Virus record (IMG/VR): IMGVR_UViG_3300040985_000985
Span: 1 to 25,740 of that record
From: a virus
Taxonomy: Duplodnaviria; Caudoviricetes
Strand: one strand, 5' to 3'
Length of the DNA: 25,740 nt
This document shows positions 7,262-16,998 of the stretch, piece after piece. Both the position numbers and the translations under genes were made by a program. The notes under the pieces were generated by a model. The model did no database searches. It saw nothing but the letters and a program-made list of their open reading frames with translations, and was not told the DNA's origin. Each line of letters begins with the position of its first letter. The first letter of the stretch is position 1.

Positions 7262-7482
7262 TCCAACGCATCCTTGAGCCGTTGGGCCAGCTCGGCATTG
7301 CTGAGACTGTCCAAGACCTCGACATTCCGCTGAGTCCCGACCCGGAGAAGGACAACCCGATTATCCCCGAGGGGGACCCGTTTTGCGGCTTCACCCGCTC
7401 GCTCCGCCGCGTCAAGATCCCACTCGATGACCAGCCGGCCCGAGTCATCGACACCGGCCTGTTTTTCTTCGATGTCAATCAT
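7258..7482 (-). CDS. Hypothetical 74-aa protein after the receptor-binding protein (possible fibre chaperone); start corrected from 7614
   Basis: MIDIEEKQAG...; ATGA overlaps at both ends. Confidence 0.65.
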   Translation of the reverse strand: MIDIEEKQAGVDDSGRLVIEWDLDAAERAGEAAKRVPLGDNRVVLLRVGTQRNVEVLDSLSNAELAQRLKDALE

Positions 7483-8573
7483 GGGGCCTTCCAGCGCAGT
7501 AGGCGAATAGCCGAAACATGCATCCCGGCTTGCTGAACGGCCGACAGAATCAGCCTCAGATCCGATGTGTATACAGTCGAGGTCGCATCCCGAGACAGTC
7601 CCCAAGACCCGCACTGAAGGTAGTCCGCCGTCCGGAATGCCGTAGACGGGGCCGACAAGGCTGACACGTCGTTATCGACGGCCACTTCGACGAAATCCCC
7701 ACCGGACAGAATGACGGTAAACTGCCGCCCTTGCCCTGCTGTATTGGCCACTCCGTCAGAAATGGCGGTGTTACTTCCCGTATTCCGGATAAAACGCTTC
7801 TCAACCGTGGGGTCCCCGCTATCTTGGTACATATACACGCCACGAAACTTTCCGCTATTGTGTGTATATGTGCTATTCAGGCCAAAGTAGAAGCCATCTC
7901 CACCGGAACCACCGCCATAGGACCAGCTCTTGACGAGAATCTGTAGCGCCACTGGGTAGCGGGTCAGCCACTCGTATCCGAGCGAGGCAAGCTCCTCGGA
8001 TAGCCGATATGCCAGTGTTGTCGTGGACGTAGCCGCATTTCCGCCCGCAAATTCGCCACCGTTCGCGGTTACCTCATAGGTCCCGGCATTGCTGCTATAG
8101 GCTTTGATATTCATATCAAAGTCAAAAACGCCGCTATCCACGTGGTTTACCGTCTGGTTACTTCCGCTGGCTGTGACCTCCGCCACTGGGTCAGCGTCTT
8201 CGAGGTCCCACAAAAGCTCAGTGACCCATGACGGACCGCCAGATCCGGCCACCCTCTCCGCAAAACCGACCGACGATGACAGCCCGCCAGACGTGGCTGT
8301 GACTCGGACCGCTACCGCGTCCCCGTCCGTCCCTCCGCTCGGAGCTGTCCAGCTCGGAGAGGTCGTAGTCGAGCCTGTGACAGTGACCGCGGACCCGTCG
8401 CTGGCCAGCTCCACCGTAGTGGACAGGGTAGCCCCGTCGGGATTGGAGATGGCCAGCGCCCGTGCTCCGGAGGTGACAGTGTACGCCTCCCCATCGGCGC
8501 GACCGGTGACAGACAGACCGGGCTGAGACGATGCCCCTCCGCCGAATCCCGGTAGCAGAATCCCGGTGGTCAT
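7479..8573 (-). CDS. Putative receptor-binding/fibre protein: Ig/PKD-like domain plus lectin-like beta-sandwich; start corrected from 8669
   Basis: ATGA overlap at 8570-8573; Thr/Ser/Gly-rich beta domain with TTTSPSWTAPS; aromatic beta-rich C-terminal domain; lies after the tail tip genes. Confidence 0.65.
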   Translation of the reverse strand: MTTGILLPGFGGGASSQPGLSVTGRADGEAYTVTSGARALAISNPDGATLSTTVELASDGSAVTVTGSTTTSPSWTAPSGGTDGDAVAVRVTATSGGLSSSVGFAERVAGSGGPSWVTELLWDLEDADPVAEVTASGSNQTVNHVDSGVFDFDMNIKAYSSNAGTYEVTANGGEFAGGNAATSTTTLAYRLSEELASLGYEWLTRYPVALQILVKSWSYGGGSGGDGFYFGLNSTYTHNSGKFRGVYMYQDSGDPTVEKRFIRNTGSNTAISDGVANTAGQGRQFTVILSGGDFVEVAVDNDVSALSAPSTAFRTADYLQCGSWGLSRDATSTVYTSDLRLILSAVQQAGMHVSAIRLLRWKAP

Positions 8574-8872
8574 AGGTGGTCCCGACCCAACAGCGGCCGA
8601 GTCACCTGGGTCCCACCCGATGCAATGCGGAGGTTGACGGAGCCGCCCACCGAGCGGCGCGATGACCACACAATGAGCCCAGCGGTCGACGCTGGAGCAC
8701 TCCAGGTCGCGCCATCATAGGAGACCTCCAGGCCGGTCGCTGCCTCCAGCATCGCCACAGACAGCGGGCCATCAGCCGAGACTGTGACGACGCACTTATC
8801 CGGGTCGACCGGAATGACGGCATCGACCTGGGAGGGGCAGGTCTGGGGGACGGTCGCTGCGGTATCGGCCAT
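8570..8872 (-). CDS. Small beta-rich virion protein (hypothetical)
   Basis: GGAG SD before ATG 8872; coupled to the downstream gene. Confidence 0.65.
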   Translation of the reverse strand: MADTAATVPQTCPSQVDAVIPVDPDKCVVTVSADGPLSVAMLEAATGLEVSYDGATWSAPASTAGLIVWSSRRSVGGSVNLRIASGGTQVTRPLLGRDHL

Positions 8873-8908
8873 GATGGCTCCACTGTCCGAGTCAGGTGTC
8901 AGGCACTG

Positions 8909-10696
8909 TCAGACTATCGCACGAGAGTCACGGACGGGCGACTCAATCATCAACAGCCGCAGCCTCATCAGTGGCGAGCCATCCAGCCGGATGCCCTCCA
9001 CTATCGCTACCTGCGCATCCAGATGGATCTCATCGTGGCTGATGGTGATGACCGCACCACGCTCCAGCCAGCCCCACTCAGATTCAGGCGCCAGATATTC
9101 CACTCGCCGACGGGCCAGCGCGTATGCTGATGCCATCCACTGACAGACCGCATGGGCAGTCCCATCGTCATAGATGACAGCCGACTCGACCACATGCCTC
9201 GAGACCATCGGCCGGCCATCCGGCTGGAGATATCTCCGCTGGCTCAGCTCACACGGATAGCTCCGCACCGCGTCATCCTCATCGGCCAGTGCATTGCCTG
9301 TGTACCGCAGCCGACCCAGATAGCTCCCAGACATGACAGCCAGCGCGTAGTCAATCTGAATGTCATTGCGGATGTCGCGGTCGTAGCTGACCTGGGACGC
9401 TCGCTCAATGCTCGGGTCCCTGTCCGCATCGAGATGAGCCACAGCATCCGCCTCAGTGGCATCGTAGCGCCAGACCACCGGAGCGATTCCATCCGGTCCA
9501 GACACGATGGACATCGGCAGAATCGGGAGGAGATGGGCGCGGATGAATTCCCACGCATCCACCTCCGCATCGATCATAAAATCCAGCCGGAACCGCTCCA
9601 GCAATGGCTCAGCGGCTGACCATCGGCCATGGTCGACCGGTCGCCCACTCCAATGAATGAGATTCGCCAGCACTTCACCAGCGCCCCGCATGGCTGTCCC
9701 AGACCGGCCAGCGAATCCGCCGCCAGATGGGGACGCGTCATCAAGCCACGCCACGAACGTACCCACAGGCTCCGCACCGCTGGATGGCTGGATGGATGTG
9801 GGCGCGCTGTTGCTGCCTATGCTGCCCACTGTGGTAGTGGTCGGCGGATTCCATGTGTAGGTGACAGCCCCGTCATAGTACAGGTCGCTCCCTCCACTTT
9901 TCGTATACCACCATGATGCAATGGCGATGGGATGGCCCCTGTCATCGTAGGTATTGACCACCTGATATCGCTTGAATGTCGTATCGGTAACGGTTTTCAG
10001 GTAGACGCTGCCCACTGTGGAATGACCGTAGCTCAGCACCACAATGAGCCCACTGAAGTGGGAGCCATGGAGTGTGCGCCGCTGGTCAGCGTAGACAGCC
10101 TGGGAGCCTGTGATGATGCCCGATGCCCGCAGCAATGTGGAGACCTGACCCGGATGGCCAATGACCACTGGATAGGCCAGACCAACGCCGCTGGCCGGTA
10201 GGCTGGTGACTGCGGCCGCATCGAAATTGGCACCCTCTACCGCATACGATGGAGGCGGAAGTGTATTGGTGCCCTCCCACGGCAGTAGCTCCAGCGAGAA
10301 TGAGACAGGCTCACCAGATGCCCCATACTCAGGGTCTGTGACCTGTCCTGCAATGACTACCCGCCGAGATGCGTAGGATGTCCCCTCGACCCATCTGGAC
10401 AGTGTACCGGTGGCGCTCGCGAGGTCCCAGCCGCTCGCAATGAGCGCAGGAACATCGACCGGCAGAACCGCTGCTATCTGAGCTGTGGCCGGGCTGGCCG
10501 ATGCATCTGATAGCCACTCGATACCGTCATCTACGTCGATGGCATCCAGCGCCCCATGGTAGTGGAGGCTGGCTCCATCGTCGTCGATGTCCGCCACGGT
10601 GTCTGACAGCCGGATGGTCTGGCCCGCCCACTGGAGATCCAGTAGCCACCACACCCGCTGGCCGCGCGATGTGATCGGATGAATGCGATGTGCCAT
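8909..10696 (-). CDS. Tail tip / baseplate hub (Tal-like) protein; start corrected from 10720
   Basis: TGATG overlap at 10694-10698 with GGAGGAGG SD; YPVVIG motif; C-terminal LERGAVITISH resembles the LExGDvI OB-fold end of tail-tip proteins; second gene after the tape measure. Confidence 0.7.
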   Translation of the reverse strand: MAHRIHPITSRGQRVWWLLDLQWAGQTIRLSDTVADIDDDGASLHYHGALDAIDVDDGIEWLSDASASPATAQIAAVLPVDVPALIASGWDLASATGTLSRWVEGTSYASRRVVIAGQVTDPEYGASGEPVSFSLELLPWEGTNTLPPPSYAVEGANFDAAAVTSLPASGVGLAYPVVIGHPGQVSTLLRASGIITGSQAVYADQRRTLHGSHFSGLIVVLSYGHSTVGSVYLKTVTDTTFKRYQVVNTYDDRGHPIAIASWWYTKSGGSDLYYDGAVTYTWNPPTTTTVGSIGSNSAPTSIQPSSGAEPVGTFVAWLDDASPSGGGFAGRSGTAMRGAGEVLANLIHWSGRPVDHGRWSAAEPLLERFRLDFMIDAEVDAWEFIRAHLLPILPMSIVSGPDGIAPVVWRYDATEADAVAHLDADRDPSIERASQVSYDRDIRNDIQIDYALAVMSGSYLGRLRYTGNALADEDDAVRSYPCELSQRRYLQPDGRPMVSRHVVESAVIYDDGTAHAVCQWMASAYALARRRVEYLAPESEWGWLERGAVITISHDEIHLDAQVAIVEGIRLDGSPLMRLRLLMIESPVRDSRAIV

Positions 10697-13600
10697 CAGA
10701 CCTCCTCCTCCATGCGGCATGTACCGAGCCTGATGACCTCGCCTGATTCAGGGTCCCCGTTCACGTTGTCCGCCCGGATGCTCTCCGTCACAATGCGCCC
10801 ATACAGCTGTAGAGTCCGGTCAGTGATGTTGATGACTGTGGTGTCATTGGGCGGGATGGGGAACGCGCTCAGGTAGCCGATGGGATGCACCGCACCAGAC
10901 AGCCGGTCGATCAATCCGGGCACACTCCATGGCACATCCGAGGGGACAGCCACAGCACTGCCACCGGTCCACCCGATGACCCAATTCGGCTCAGCATCTG
11001 TCTGAGCCCCGAGAGTGTTGACTCCATCCACCCAAGCAATCTCTACCGCTCGCCGAGTCGGACCCAGCGCCACGATGTCACGCGTTCCCGTCCGACCCTC
11101 GACCATCTCCCAGTCATAGGACCACTCCCTCACATGACCCCATCCAGGCTCATCCATGAATGACCCAGTGGGATGCACATGACCCAGCACCATTGAGCCG
11201 ATGCGGTAGTATCCCTCCGCTGTGTCTGCCTGGAGAATGCGGATGCGGAGACGCTTGTAGGCGATAGTTAATGGGACCACATGAGCCGAATCCCTCATCC
11301 ACAGCTGCGCATCTGTGCCGCTCAGTGATTCGGTCCCATCAATCTCATCCAGCAATACTCGGACATTCTGAGTCCCAGTCACTGAGGCATTCCAGCGGCC
11401 AGCCTCATTGGTCTGGATGCGCCGTGTTTGGCGACCTTCGCCGACACCAGCGAGGCTCAGATAGGAGCCAGCGAGGATGTGAGTGTAGCTGTACCAGGGC
11501 ACAGCCGAGCCACCCGCAGCTGGGTCCACGATGCGGCCGCGCCGACTCCAATGCAGGCCAGTCTGTGCGCGCCGGTCCATGGTCCCGATGACATGCCACA
11601 CCCCAAGGCTGTCCTGTCCATGGATCTCAGCCAATGGGAAATTGGCATCGACCAGCATGACACCGAGGAGCTGACCCATCAGATAGGTCGTAGCCGTCCC
11701 CAATCCCACCTCAATGTCCACCGACCCAGTATCGTCTACCGACCGCCAAGCCCATCGAGGAGATGGAGCCACATCGGGCATCAGCGCGCGGACTGGATAC
11801 TCATGGTCGACCTTGATGACCCAATCATCGCCTCGAAATGTCGGACCATCGACGGCCATGACCGACAGACCATCATCTACCCAGACCGGTGTGGGCATGT
11901 AGTCGCGCCCCAACAAATCCGACCAATTGATCTGGTCATACAGTCCACCCTCAGTGTACTCATCCGAGGACAGGCAGACCATCCGCCAGAACGTGTCACT
12001 GTCAGCATTCTGGCCAAATAGGACCCGATGCGTGAGGGAGACAGCCGAGCCGGTCACAATCGAGGTGGACGCCACAAGGCTCCACTCCCGGTCACTCGTC
12101 TCGAACTGTGACGGCCGAAACCAGACCTTGACGTTGTTGTCCTGAGCGCTTGCGAGCACTTGGACAAACGCGCCATCAGCCAGCGTTGTTGAGACTGACC
12201 CAATGGTTGCAGACCCGTAGGCATCCCAGACATCAATCTGAGTGGCGCTGACATTGATTTGCACTGTGTATGTCTTCGGCGACGCATCGCTCAACCGGAT
12301 TTCCATGAACGCTGACCCGCTCACTATCTGGACCTCCGCCAGCAACACAACCCCCTCAGTGATTGTGCCCGGTAGCCCCGCAGCCGAGTACATCTCCTGT
12401 TGGCCGGCTGATGTCTGGAGCCTCATGCCAGTCGGTGTCAGGCTCCGTGTGCCGGTGCTGGTCACAGTCCACGCTGACCCAATGTCATCAGGAAAATCGT
12501 AGGGCAACCATGTCTCCGTCCATCCGGCCACAGTGAGCGCGGAGGGTCGGGAGAACGTGCTTTGGGCGAGGCAAACGGTAGTGTAGCCACCCAGCCAGAC
12601 CGCTGCCAAGCTCGGGTCCCGGGTCCCAGGGTCTGCCGCGTGGGTGTGGGCGAGCATGGCGCGGCCACGATGGGCGCACCCAGCCAGCTGGGTCGGGTAC
12701 GTGTTGGCATCCCGGCCCCTCCATGTAGAGACACCCACGGCGCCGGCCACAGATGCTGGCCCCTCTCCAGGCTCCACCCATGTCTCACCATCTGACGACA
12801 CCCGGACCTTGACCTCATTCTCTCCGCTCCCATGGTCCCTACCAATCAGCCACAGCCGACCATCCTCATCCGACCACATCGACAGCTCACCGGAGCTGAA
12901 CACGCCTCCCGAAGTCGTGCCCCATTGCATCGAATCAAGCTCCCGCTGTCCCAGGTAGTATTGGGCATCGGCCACCAGCTCATAGGCACTGCCGATTGGG
13001 CGCACATACGGCGGACGCGTTGACCCAGCGCTACCTGTGTCGGAAATGTAGGCAGTCACCAGCATCCCATCATGTTCCACGATGTCTGGAAATGCGCGAT
13101 TGCTGCCTGTCATCGTCGAGACGAGATCGAAAGTGGCCCCAAGATCGTTGCTCGACCATTGGTAGATTTGGTCTTCGGGTCCGGTCTGCTCAACCATTGC
13201 GGCCACCATGCACAGCTGGCCAGCCAGATGAGCACAGCGAAGACGGCCCGGCACATGCGCCGACACATCCACGGATGGAGACAGGCAGCCCTTCTGGCCG
13301 ATGTTCCACGTGGAACCACTGTCATCTGAGTAGTGCATCCAAATCTGAGCACGGCTACCGGTCGCAAATTCGCGCCAATGGCACAGCAGCAATCGACCGC
13401 TCGGAAGCTGAACCAGACACGGATGCGCGGCCACATTCGTGTATGTGCTGCCCCGGTCGTAGACAGCCGCCTCGGACCATGCGCCGGTGGACACATCGCG
13501 GCGCCACACAGTCACGATCTGGGAGTCCTTGAGGACCGCAATGCAGACTGTTCCGTCTGCCAATGCGAGCGCATGGGGAAACAGCCAGCGGTCCACCGAT

Positions 13601-13917
13601 GTAGTCGCATCGACCATCTCCAGACCGCCCGAGAGGCTGACGGGAGGGTCCCAGCCTCTCCAGTCCGCACCGTCAGACGGTCGCCAGACCATTGCGGCGC
13701 CTTGACCTGGATGGCCACCTCGGACCGTCTTCACATCCATGTCTCGTGTCTGGGTGCCTGTGGCCTCCAGCACCATCTCAGACTCATCCGACGCCTTGGG
13801 GACGCCTACCCTTGCGCCTTGCTCACTCTCCGCAGTGATGCCCGATTCGCTCCACACAAATCGAGGGTCAGGGACGAGGATGCCCCGCAGAATGGCTGGA
13901 GTCGATGATGTGCCCAT
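10696..13917 (-). CDS. Large multidomain tail protein: Asp-box (BNR) beta-propeller, lectin-like domain and distal-tail-like C-terminus
   Basis: Asp-boxes SDDSGSTW, SNDLGATF, SSDGETW; directly follows the tape measure gene; C-terminal YRIGSMVLG...GPTRRAVEIAW. Confidence 0.72.
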   Translation of the reverse strand: MGTSSTPAILRGILVPDPRFVWSESGITAESEQGARVGVPKASDESEMVLEATGTQTRDMDVKTVRGGHPGQGAAMVWRPSDGADWRGWDPPVSLSGGLEMVDATTSVDRWLFPHALALADGTVCIAVLKDSQIVTVWRRDVSTGAWSEAAVYDRGSTYTNVAAHPCLVQLPSGRLLLCHWREFATGSRAQIWMHYSDDSGSTWNIGQKGCLSPSVDVSAHVPGRLRCAHLAGQLCMVAAMVEQTGPEDQIYQWSSNDLGATFDLVSTMTGSNRAFPDIVEHDGMLVTAYISDTGSAGSTRPPYVRPIGSAYELVADAQYYLGQRELDSMQWGTTSGGVFSSGELSMWSDEDGRLWLIGRDHGSGENEVKVRVSSDGETWVEPGEGPASVAGAVGVSTWRGRDANTYPTQLAGCAHRGRAMLAHTHAADPGTRDPSLAAVWLGGYTTVCLAQSTFSRPSALTVAGWTETWLPYDFPDDIGSAWTVTSTGTRSLTPTGMRLQTSAGQQEMYSAAGLPGTITEGVVLLAEVQIVSGSAFMEIRLSDASPKTYTVQINVSATQIDVWDAYGSATIGSVSTTLADGAFVQVLASAQDNNVKVWFRPSQFETSDREWSLVASTSIVTGSAVSLTHRVLFGQNADSDTFWRMVCLSSDEYTEGGLYDQINWSDLLGRDYMPTPVWVDDGLSVMAVDGPTFRGDDWVIKVDHEYPVRALMPDVAPSPRWAWRSVDDTGSVDIEVGLGTATTYLMGQLLGVMLVDANFPLAEIHGQDSLGVWHVIGTMDRRAQTGLHWSRRGRIVDPAAGGSAVPWYSYTHILAGSYLSLAGVGEGRQTRRIQTNEAGRWNASVTGTQNVRVLLDEIDGTESLSGTDAQLWMRDSAHVVPLTIAYKRLRIRILQADTAEGYYRIGSMVLGHVHPTGSFMDEPGWGHVREWSYDWEMVEGRTGTRDIVALGPTRRAVEIAWVDGVNTLGAQTDAEPNWVIGWTGGSAVAVPSDVPWSVPGLIDRLSGAVHPIGYLSAFPIPPNDTTVINITDRTLQLYGRIVTESIRADNVNGDPESGEVIRLGTCRMEEEV

Positions 13918-13920
13918 GTG

Positions 13921-15792
13921 TCACCTATTGCTGCGATGTCCGACCAGCCTACCGCGCTCAATGGCGCGGCTGATGGGGTCGCCCGAGAATAGCCCGTCCC
14001 GTTTCCAGCGGTCTACCTGTCTGGTGTGCTTGTAGACGCTGACTGCGACCACCTGACCCGATGGACCACCTGACTGACCAGCATTGGCCCGGTGAAGCGC
14101 ACCATCTCCCATCATGCCCCGACCTGTCGGATTGAGCACAAATTCCGACCGTCTGACAGTGGCTGTCAGCTCATCCGGTGCGAGGTCGACTCCGCCGCCC
14201 CGGTGGAATGATGGGCGCTGTTTGGCGATAGCTTGCTGTTGTGCGACACCCGCAGCAAGGGCTCCAGCGGCCGGAATGAGCGACGCTGGCCATGGAGCCG
14301 ACCCGAGCGCCGTGGCAACAGCCAAAGCCGTCTGGACAGCCGCCTGAGCGGCCGCAGCGGACTGCTGGACCTCAAATGCGTTTCGCGCCGCGCGTTTCTG
14401 GTCTTCGATGCGCTTGGCCAGCTGGCGCTGTTGACGTTTGGTCAGATGCTCGCCCGACTCCGCTTGATAGTCCTCCAGCCGAGTCACATCCTCCAGCATG
14501 ATTTGGTGGGCGCGACCCCATCCAGACGACATCAGGCCGGCCACATTGGTGAGCATGTCCAATGACTGCCGCATCGCTACCTGTCTGGCCCGCTCAGTCT
14601 CCGCGATTCTCCGACGCTCCGCATCTGCGGCCTCTTTGGACTTTCGCTCCCGGATATCCCCAATCTGCTGTTCATACTGGATGGCCACAGCCTGACGGGA
14701 TGCGGAGGCGGCCGCCGCGTCTTCGCTCGCATTCTCCAGCCGATTGATCTGCTCAAGCTGGCGCTGTAGCTCCTCAGTCAGTCGCGCCTCGCCACTGAGC
14801 ACAGCCAGTGAGGATGATGCTGTGATCTGCTGGAGCTGTTTCAGTGCTGCGGCACGTTCCCTCGCAATCCGGGTGTCCTCAGACGCATCCTTCCTCCGCC
14901 GTCCTGCCGCACGAGATGCCCTGTCCTCCGCCTCGACAAGCTCCACCTGGATGCCAATTTGCTTGCGGAGCGACGCCAACAGCGCAGATCGATCCGACTC
15001 CAGCGATTTTAGCAATCCTCGCTCTTTTTCCATGGTCCGATTTGTGAGAGTCTGAACCGCCGATGTGCGCATGTATGCATTGGCTACCGCATCCTGCGGA
15101 GAGTCGTGGTGAGCCTCCGACAGCTTCCGGACGCGCGCCTCCTGCTCCGCAATTGCCTTGGTGACCTCCTGAAGCGCTGGCATAGATTCCAGCATGGATT
15201 GACGGCGCACTTTGAGCAGCTTGGCCTCTTTGGCAGTCAGCTCGCCCACAGCGACCTTGAGATCAAGCGCTGTATAGACAAGTTCCTGCGACCGGTCTCT
15301 CAGTGTTTCCGCCGTCTTTGCGCTTAGGGCCTGTACCCGTTGCACTCGCTCCTGTTCATCGCTGTAGAGCTTCCAGTGAACCGCAGCGGCGGCCGCAACG
15401 ACGACCAGCGGCCCCATTGCCACAGATGCCGCAGATGCCGCGCGGGCCAACAGCGCCATGTTCATCTGAGCGACCTGGAGACCCTGTTGAGCGAATATCG
15501 TAAAAACTGGAGTGCCTGTCTGAAGCTGAGACAATACGTCAGGTATTTGCATGGCCACAGACCTGGATGCATTGGCCAATTGGCGACTACTTTTAGCCGC
15601 CACATCCATCGCCCTGGCGCTACCGCCAGCGCCCTTGGCCGCTGCTTTATTGCTCCGCTCCAGCGCCCGAAACGATGAATTCAGCTCCGTCACCATCTTC
15701 CGAGCTTCGGCCCGAGTGATGTCCGTCACTGACTCCAGTTTTGCCTTGAGGTCCTTGATGTCTGCTTTGTACGTGACAGATGCAACAGCCAT
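13921..15792 (-). CDS. Tail tape measure protein; start corrected from 15846
   Basis: ADIKDLK N-terminus; QIPDVLSQLQTGTPVFTIFAQQGLQV resembles the lambdoid TMP N-terminal motif; Ala-rich helical body; C-terminal FHRGG...DELTATVRRSEFVL; GAGG SD before ATG 15792. Confidence 0.9.
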   Translation of the reverse strand: MAVASVTYKADIKDLKAKLESVTDITRAEARKMVTELNSSFRALERSNKAAAKGAGGSARAMDVAAKSSRQLANASRSVAMQIPDVLSQLQTGTPVFTIFAQQGLQVAQMNMALLARAASAASVAMGPLVVVAAAAAVHWKLYSDEQERVQRVQALSAKTAETLRDRSQELVYTALDLKVAVGELTAKEAKLLKVRRQSMLESMPALQEVTKAIAEQEARVRKLSEAHHDSPQDAVANAYMRTSAVQTLTNRTMEKERGLLKSLESDRSALLASLRKQIGIQVELVEAEDRASRAAGRRRKDASEDTRIARERAAALKQLQQITASSSLAVLSGEARLTEELQRQLEQINRLENASEDAAAASASRQAVAIQYEQQIGDIRERKSKEAADAERRRIAETERARQVAMRQSLDMLTNVAGLMSSGWGRAHQIMLEDVTRLEDYQAESGEHLTKRQQRQLAKRIEDQKRAARNAFEVQQSAAAAQAAVQTALAVATALGSAPWPASLIPAAGALAAGVAQQQAIAKQRPSFHRGGGVDLAPDELTATVRRSEFVLNPTGRGMMGDGALHRANAGQSGGPSGQVVAVSVYKHTRQVDRWKRDGLFSGDPISRAIERGRLVGHRSNR

Positions 15793-15793
15793 G

Positions 15794-16456
15794 TCAGTCC
15801 TCGGAGAGCTTGGTGAGTGCTTCGCGCGCCTCATTGATGAGGGCATTCTCGCGCTTCTTTAGCGGCTTTCTCATGCGCTCCGACCAGACCGCGCGGCCAG
15901 CTACAGTCTCATTGGGTGCGCCAGTGCCATGCCTCCACCTGAGACCAGACAGCCAGCGGTCATAGATGGCGCGCGCGCTCGGCACAGACCGCGAATACCA
16001 CCCACCGATGAGACCTCCACTGGCCTCACTGATGAATTTCCGCGCCAGAACCTTCTGCTGTGCCACCGATGTAGTCCCAGCCAGATGGGGCGCCAAATTA
16101 GCCCATGTGCGAGTGGCCACCTGTCTGGCCTCCCTGTTCATGGTGGCCCGAGTGACTACCGAGAACCGGACTTTGTACGTGTACGGGACCGCATTGAGCG
16201 CCACAACCTCAACCGCATCCGATGACATCCGCTCCACCACATGAGTCCCAGCCTGACTCCGACCGGTCCGGCGAGGCCACATCAGCTGGTCAGTGGTGGC
16301 AGAATGAACCACAGGGTCCATCTGGCGACGCGCCGCACGGACGAACGTACCGAGCGACCCGCCCAGAATGCGGTCCACCTGAGCCATCAGCTGAGCTTGG
16401 TCAATCTGTACTGACGCTTTGCCCGACTTGGCTGTGACTCGGGCCGGCCCGGTCAT
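15794..16456 (-). CDS. HK97 gp10-like tail completion/neck protein
   Basis: Basic protein with WPRRTGRS and NAVPYTYKV, matching the PvrTGxL...N.apYa pattern. Confidence 0.6.
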   Translation of the reverse strand: MTGPARVTAKSGKASVQIDQAQLMAQVDRILGGSLGTFVRAARRQMDPVVHSATTDQLMWPRRTGRSQAGTHVVERMSSDAVEVVALNAVPYTYKVRFSVVTRATMNREARQVATRTWANLAPHLAGTTSVAQQKVLARKFISEASGGLIGGWYSRSVPSARAIYDRWLSGLRWRHGTGAPNETVAGRAVWSERMRKPLKKRENALINEAREALTKLSED

Positions 16457-16599
16457 CGTGAGCCACGCTCAATCTCATACGCCAGAATGAGAGTCTGTTC
16501 CGCGCGAGACAACGCATACCACGTATCGAGGGACCATCCCCGCGCGCGACATGCATCCATCGCGAGATTCACTATTCCTCCCCCTGGCCGTCGGAGAAA
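16453..16599 (-). CDS. -1 frame extension of the tail assembly chaperone (gpGT-like), 48 aa
   Basis: FLRRPGGGIVNLAMDACRARGWSLDTWYALSRAEQTLILAYEIERGSR; its TGA overlaps the next ATG (16453-16456). Confidence 0.75.
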   Translation of the reverse strand, partial: FLRRPGGGIVNLAMDACRARGWSLDTWYALSRAEQTLILAYEIERGSR

Positions 16600-16988
16600 T
16601 CCCGCGCCTCCTGGACATCGACCGATGTAAGGCCACAGTTTGCGGCAAAAGTGGTAGCGCTGTACACAGCGGTTTGCAGCTCACTGAGAGGAACAGTGGC
16701 TTTAGTGGCCGCTCTCAGCCCCTCCCAGACCTCAGACCCATACCGGGCCATGCGGACCCCAGGGACCCACGCAGCAGGGCGAGGGCGCGCGGGCCATGCG
16801 ACGCCACGAGGCCAGCACATGCGCAGCGCAGCAGCGCCAAACGACAGGTTCATGGTTAGTTTTTCACCATGTAGCGCATCATCTGGGACAGCCCGGATGA
16901 GAGCGAGGGACATCAGCGATGGAGGCTCCACCAGCGTCACAGACAGATCGCCAATGACGACAGTGGGAGGGATGCTCGGGTCAGACAC
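16572..16988 (-). CDS. Tail assembly chaperone (gpG-like); start corrected from 17030 to GTG 16988
   Basis: GAGGAG SD 6 nt before GTG; follows the tail tube gene; slippery site near the 3' end. Confidence 0.72.
   Translation of the reverse strand: MSDPSIPPTVVIGDLSVTLVEPPSLMSLALIRAVPDDALHGEKLTMNLSFGAAALRMCWPRGVAWPARPRPAAWVPGVRMARYGSEVWEGLRAATKATVPLSELQTAVYSATTFAANCGLTSVDVQEARDFSDGQGEE
16596..16602 (-). other. Candidate -1 ribosomal slippery site G GAT TTC
   Basis: In-frame heptamer 8 codons before the chaperone stop; the -1 frame is open to 16453. Confidence 0.68.
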
Positions 16989-16998
16989 AGTGGGCTCC

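Noticed and set aside
7479-8573. Diversity-generating retroelement target in the receptor-binding gene
   Set aside because: No reverse transcriptase, and I noticed no template/variable repeat pair in the window.
8873-8915. Repeated CTGAC/GTCAG pentamers in the short intergenic gap
   Set aside because: The pentamer is common throughout this genome and the spacing is irregular.
16475-16684. 69-aa minus-strand ORF as the chaperone extension
   Set aside because: It is the +1 frame and looks non-coding; the -1 frame has the chaperone-like sequence and the stop/start overlap.
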